Assembly (NCBI GenBank): GCA_964016885.1 | Contig: OZ024744.1 | Location: 106,888,001-106,952,000, forward strand | DNA from: Eledone cirrhosa | Taxonomy: Eukaryota | Reading direction: 5' to 3' | DNA length: 64,000 bases | Shown here: positions 59,453 to 64,000 of the stretch, piece after piece | Layout of the letters: each line of letters starts with the position of its first letter | How positions within the stretch are numbered: position 1 is the stretch's first letter | The notes under the pieces: model-generated | What the model was told of the DNA's origin: nothing | The model's input: only the letters and a program-made list of their open reading frames with translations | Databases searched by the model: none | Program-made: the position numbers and the translations under genes

Positions 59453-59885
59453 CATCATCATCATCATCGTCTAGCGTCCACTTTCCACATTTGCAGGGAC
59501 TAGACAAACTGTCACATTATGAGACAAGACAGGTCATGTGACCACGTCTTGCTCATACAAATCTATATTTTGGCTTGGTCTCTATGGCTAGATACCCTTC
59601 CTAACGCCAACCATATTACACTGTGTACTGGGTGCTTTTTATTGCGTCACCAGCACTACCACCTGACAGGGTGGACTGGTGCTTTTTACTGTGTCACCAG
59701 CATGACCATCTTACAGGATGGACTGGTGCTTTTTATTGTGTCACCAGCACAACCACCTGACAGGGTGGACTGGTGCTTTTTGTTGTGTCACCAGCATGAA
59801 CAACAGGGTGCTTTCTGTTGTGACACCAGCTCAACCACCTTACAGGGTGGACTGGGTGTTTTTGTTATTGTGGTACCAACCTTAT
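59453..59885 (-). mobile_element. RTE-tailed SINE 3' part containing ~6 diverged copies of the 47/48-bp unit
   Basis: (CAT)n tail, then tctatggctagatacccttcctaacgccaacc, then tandem gactg(g)gtgctttttattgtgtcaccagcac.accacct.acagggtg units at 59620-59880. Confidence 0.8.
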
Positions 59886-59909
59886 CAGCATTGAAGGTGG
59901 AATTTTGAG

Positions 59910-61095
59910 GAATAAACCTTTTGTAGTTAGCAATGGTAGTAGCTCACTGGATTTTTTTCCAACCCATTCTCATTCTGGCTACTGTATTATCAGAACACCC
60001 ACCTCCACTGCTTATTTGGTGATCCAGGTAGGGAAGCTATCAATTTCTTCTATGAAAGCCTCTGACCATTGAAAGGGGCTTGTTACCTGTGAGCACTAGC
60101 TGCTTCTTGCATCGACCACATTTAAAATGTATGTTCTTTGCTAGCCTAACTGAGATCCCAGTATATTTCTTGTGTACCCATGGTTTGCATTTGTGACATA
60201 GGATGAGATTTCTACCCATTCCTTGTTTTCTTTACTAGATGCTGGACTTTTTAGTCTTTGCCAAGTTGACTTTTAAGTCAAAAGCTTTTGATTCTAGGCT
60301 ATGCGTCCAGGTCTGGAATTTCTCTCTAGTTCTGTCATAGATTCAGCTATGAGGGTTAGATGATTAGCATAAAGGAATTCCCATGGGCAGCCTGTTTTAA
60401 ACTCTTCTGTTATAGACCGGAGGACAATAATAAACTGAAGAAAGCTAAGAACAGAGCTCTGTTGAACCCCCCATTTGCACGCTACATTCTTCACTATAGT
60501 CATTGTTAATTCTAACCTTGCTACTGCTCCTCTGTATATGGCTTGTACAGCTTTCACAAGCCACTCAGCTACCCCTAGTTTTCTAAGAGCCCACTAGATT
60601 ATGGAACAGGAGACTCTGTCAAAAGCTTTCTCCAGGTCAACAAAAGCCAAGTAAAGGGGCTTACTTTTAGTAAGGTACTTCTTCTGCAGTTGCCTCACAA
60701 GGAAGTGGGCATCAGTGGTACTTTTACCTGGCACAAATCCAAACTGCATGTCATCTAGGTTAACATGGTCCCTAATCAGCTGAGCTATAACTCTTTTTGT
60801 GACATTTGTGACCTGGTACATCAGCTTTATACCTCTATAGTTTCCTACATCTAGTGCATCTCCTTTGCCCTTGTAGCAGTTGGCATTAGGTATGACACCT
60901 TTCTGCATTACATGGTTTACAATATGGTTGGTTAAGGTGTGACCCACCATCCCAGATGCTTTCAGCATCTCAGCAACTATCCTCGATAACTGCTTTACCT
61001 GTCTTCATAGCCATAATTGCTTTACTTACTATACTGCTGCTGACTGATACAGCTGGTCCCTGCATTCTTCTGTCTTACTCCCATACATTCTCCTA
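59910..61095 (-). mobile_element. Degenerate RTE LINE RT fragment
   Basis: ORFs 60594..60968 (YKGKGDALDVGNYRGIKL, QFGFVPGKSTTDA, FVDLEKAFDRV) and 60294..60557 (YADD decayed to YANH). Confidence 0.92.
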
Positions 61096-61164
61096 AGTCA
61101 ACTATCTCTCATAATGGCACTTCCATGCTACTTTATTTTCAGTGTTCGTGAAGGCAAGTGTGCC

Positions 61165-61199
<35 letters not shown>

Positions 61200-61335
61200 A
61201 CGTGTGGTGTATGTGTGTGTGCGCATCTATGGTGTGTGTGCACGTGGCGTATGTGTGCGCGTGTGGTGTGTATATCATTGTGTGTGTGTATACCATTGTG
61301 AGTGTGGTGTGTGTACCATTGTGTGTGTGTGTGTC
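61165..61335. repeat. (TG)n-rich microsatellite
   Basis: Directly visible. Confidence 0.9.
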
Positions 61336-61344
61336 ATCATGATG

Positions 61345-61730
61345 ATTATTTTACATCTTGTGTGCAAAGTAGAATATTCTACGATTGGAAAATGTTCCAA
61401 TCGAAGTGTAATGTTGGTGTGCATGAATGGTGAAACATGGATGGGTTGAGAAATAAACTGAGTACAAGAGGAATCAAATGTAGCGTAGAGATGATTTTGG
61501 TGGAATTGATATATGATGGAAGGATAATGATAGCTGGGAGTTCCCAGTGGAAGGAAGTTGCAATAAAGGCCAAGGAAAACCTAGGTAGAATTGGTGAGAG
61601 ATGTTCTCAAAACACTCAACTTCACAGAGGAGATGACAAAGGAACACAAGTGGAGGAGAAAAGTGCTGAAACAGACATTTCTTAATCAAGCAAGCATGAA
61701 AAATGGTTGTAAAATTATGATGATAGTGAT
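61345..61730 (+). mobile_element. Old RTE LINE 3' fragment
   Basis: ORF 61437 (MDGLRNKLSTRGIKCSV) parallels MDVLREKLCLRGIKCSV of the 27603 ORF. Ends gcaagcatgaaaaatggttgtaaaattatgatgat. Confidence 0.75.
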
Positions 61731-61736
61731 ATATAT

Positions 61737-62078
61737 GGAGGCACATGGCTTAGTGGTTAGAGCATTGGCCTTGCAATCGAAAGGTTGTGAGTTAAATTCT
61801 CAGACCGGGTGATGTGTTGTTTCCTTGAGCAAGACACTTTATTTCTCATTGCTCCAGTTTACTCAGCTGTAGAAATGAGATGATAGGGACTGGGGTCCCT
61901 ATCATTCCACTGTAAACTGGTCGTGGAGGTGCCACGGAAAAAAAGCACCCAGCACTCACTGTAAATGAGGTTGGTGTTAGGAAGGGCATCCAGCTGTAGA
62001 AATCAAGCCAAAATCAGTTCCCGTCCCACCCTTGCAAGCAGGGAAAAGCGGACGTAAAATGATGATGATGATGATGAT
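61737..62078 (+). mobile_element. Apparently full-length tRNA-derived SINE with RTE-derived 3' tail
   Basis: A-box TGGCTTAGTGG (61746), B-box-like GAGTTAAATTC (61789), CORE-like ccttgagcaagacactt, central ggttggtgttaggaagggcatccagctgtagaaa, and a tail nearly identical to the RTE 3' end followed by (GAT)n. Confidence 0.85.
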
Positions 62079-62451
62079 ATGTTAGCGTGGAGGATAGACG
62101 TTAAATGATGATGATGATATATATATATATATATATAAATATATATATACATATCAAAAAAGTTTTTAAAAACAGGAATGTCTGGGATGCATGTGTGTCC
62201 ATTCGTGTGTGTGCGGGTGCAGATATGCTTTCAGTTGTGTATAATTTTGCGTGTATGTATACGTGTGTGTGCATGGGTATGTCTGAGCGTGTGTTTGTTC
62301 TCATATGTGCCATGTGATAGTAGATCACTGGGTATAACCGTCCGGTTGAGCGCTCAACAAGCCAACAGGCTAAGCTAGTTTTTAAAACTTTTTTTACAGT
62401 CCCAACATGTTTTGATTTCTTTACACGGGACCCCCAACCCTCTCCCTTCAG

Positions 62452-62623
62452 CCCACACTGTAATGTGGTTGGTGTTAGGAAGGGCTCCAGCCATAGAAAA
62501 CCTGCCAGAAACACCCCTATAAGAGCGAGACACGGTCACCCGGCACAATTTGCCTCAAAATAGGACCCATCTAACCCATGCTAGCGAGGAAGATGGACAT
62601 TAATTGATGATGATGATGATGAT
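62452..62623 (+). mobile_element. 3' half of a related RTE-tailed SINE
   Basis: ggttggtgttaggaagggctccagccatagaaa ... acccatgctagcgaggaagatggacattaa(tga)n. Confidence 0.7.
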
Positions 62624-63397
62624 AAGAACCATAATAGTGGTTCACTGGGATATATCAGATAGTCTGCCAAGGCATTCACTCTTTTCTATTCACTTTCCTT
62701 TTCTTTTCTTCTGGTTCACTCATCTACCTGTTTGTTCATTCATATTAGTTCCTGTTTATTCATTTATTATTTTTTTTTATTTTTTATTATTATTTTATTT
62801 TAGTTTTTTATTATCTTTGTATTATTTTATTTTATATTTTTATCTCACTCTTGTATTTTTTTCTATTTTTATTCTTTATTTGTTTATTCCTTATCTTTAT
62901 ACTAACATCTATTTAATTACGCAGCCACTGATTTATACATTTATTTATTTATTTCTTGTACATTCTTGTAATCTTCTAAGGCTTCGTAGCCTAAAACCAT
63001 AGACTTCTTATAGACAGGCTGTCGCGCATGAATGGAATCCCTACCAGACCAGCATAATTTACCATCTTCACCAACTGGTGACAGTAGACGTTGCTGAATT
63101 CTAGGTCGCCTACCCACTGGGATTTGTCCAAACACTATTTAACATGATAAAATAGACGATAACACATTTCTAACAAAGTCTGTGGCAGCCTAAAATAACA
63201 AATCGGGTGTTTAACAATTCAACAACATTTGGACATGTCTACATTTGAGAACACATATCTGAGGCGCTTCTGATTCCAGAGTCAGGAATGAACATAATAG
63301 ATCATTCCTCGAGCTGATCAACAGTGAAACACATGTAATATGTAATTAAATATGTATATGATGCAACACTGATACTTTGTTCCCTATTTATTAACAT

Positions 63398-63500
63398 TAG
63401 TGCCTTTCATCCTTACGGGGTCGATAAAATAAAGTACCAGTAATGCACTGGTGAATTGCTGGCCTTGTGCCAAAAGTAGAAACAATTATTATTATTATAT
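63398..63500 (+). mobile_element. 3' half of Meta-domain SINE
   Basis: Near reverse complement of 966-1058. Confidence 0.8.
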
Positions 63501-63506
63501 ATATAT

Positions 63507-63783
63507 GTGTGTGCAGGAGAGAAGGCTGAGATGGTATGGACATGTGATGTGTATGGAGGATGACCGCTGGGTAAAGAAATGCCAAGAAATACCACTAGAA
63601 GGAAGATGTAGTAGAGGTAGACCACGTAAAACATGGGCCGAGGTGGTGAGAGCAGACCTCAGATCGCTGAAACTCACCGAGGAGATGACGAAGGACTGTG
63701 ACAAGTGGAGAGATGCTGTGCTGAATAGGACCCATCCAACCCTTGCAAGCAGGGAAAAGCGGACGTAAGATGATGATCATGAT
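63507..63783 (+). mobile_element. RTE LINE 3' end (ORF C-terminus and tail)
   Basis: VQERRLRWYGHVMCMEDDRWVKKC...RGRPRKTW...REKRT* followed by (GAT)n. Confidence 0.92.
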
Positions 63784-64000
63784 ATATATATATGACAAGC
63801 TTCAGCACAATTTCTGAGTACCAAATTTAACTCACAGTGTATTTGTTATAATCACCATCATCATCATCATCGTTTAATGTCCATTCTCCACGCTAGCATA
63901 AGTATTAATTTCCAAAATATTATTTTTGCCAACAGAAACATTCCCAAAAAACCTAATGGCAATTGTTAGCAACTCTCAAAGGAATGGGGAAGGTAATAAA

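Noticed and set aside
25430-61095. Active retrotransposon
   Set aside because: All three RT copies are truncated and frameshifted, with YADD mutated (NSDD, YADN, YANH) and no endonuclease domain.
61737-61810. tRNA gene
   Set aside because: A/B boxes are present but it continues directly into SINE body and tail, and I see no convincing cloverleaf. Treated as a SINE head.
62941-63320. Possible upstream NEURL4 exon (ORF MFGQIPVGRRPR...)
   Set aside because: No NHR similarity. FGQIPVGRRPR looks more like a decayed LINE C-terminus, but it is too degenerate to annotate.

Overview
Animal (non-prokaryotic) genomic DNA. The repeat families (RTE LINEs with (GAT)n tails, tRNA-derived SINEs with Meta/CORE/Ceph-like domains) point to a coleoid cephalopod, probably an octopus; this is inferred, not proven. 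The whole window appears to lie inside one minus-strand gene, a neuralized-like protein 4 (NEURL4) homologue. Only two consecutive coding exons are visible: 58864-58622 (243 nt) and 29147-29069 (79 nt, missed by the ORF track). They splice in frame to ...WSGSIEAG|[26 protein letters not shown]. About 50 kb of the 64 kb is intronic tandem DNA: a ~22 kb 29-bp satellite, a ~23.5 kb (CCACAGATAGAGA(CA)n) satellite, and 73-, 48-, 42-, 34- and 20-bp minisatellites. The rest is dead RTE/CR1 LINE pieces, SINEs and MITEs. The many Cys/Val-rich ORFs are translations of repeats. I find no new protein-coding system. The best leads are at RNA and repeat level: (1) on the pre-mRNA strand the 29-bp monomer reads TTTTAG-A(A/G)-GT(G/A)AGA, giving hundreds of juxtaposed acceptor/donor motifs in a giant intron; (2) a five-copy array of pre-miRNA-sized hairpins; (3) a SINE-internal motif seen at 1, ~6 and ~59 copies; (4) a C4HC3 PHD finger inserted inside the RTE reverse transcriptase; (5) inverted RTE copies flanking both exons. 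Copy numbers and identities are by-eye estimates.
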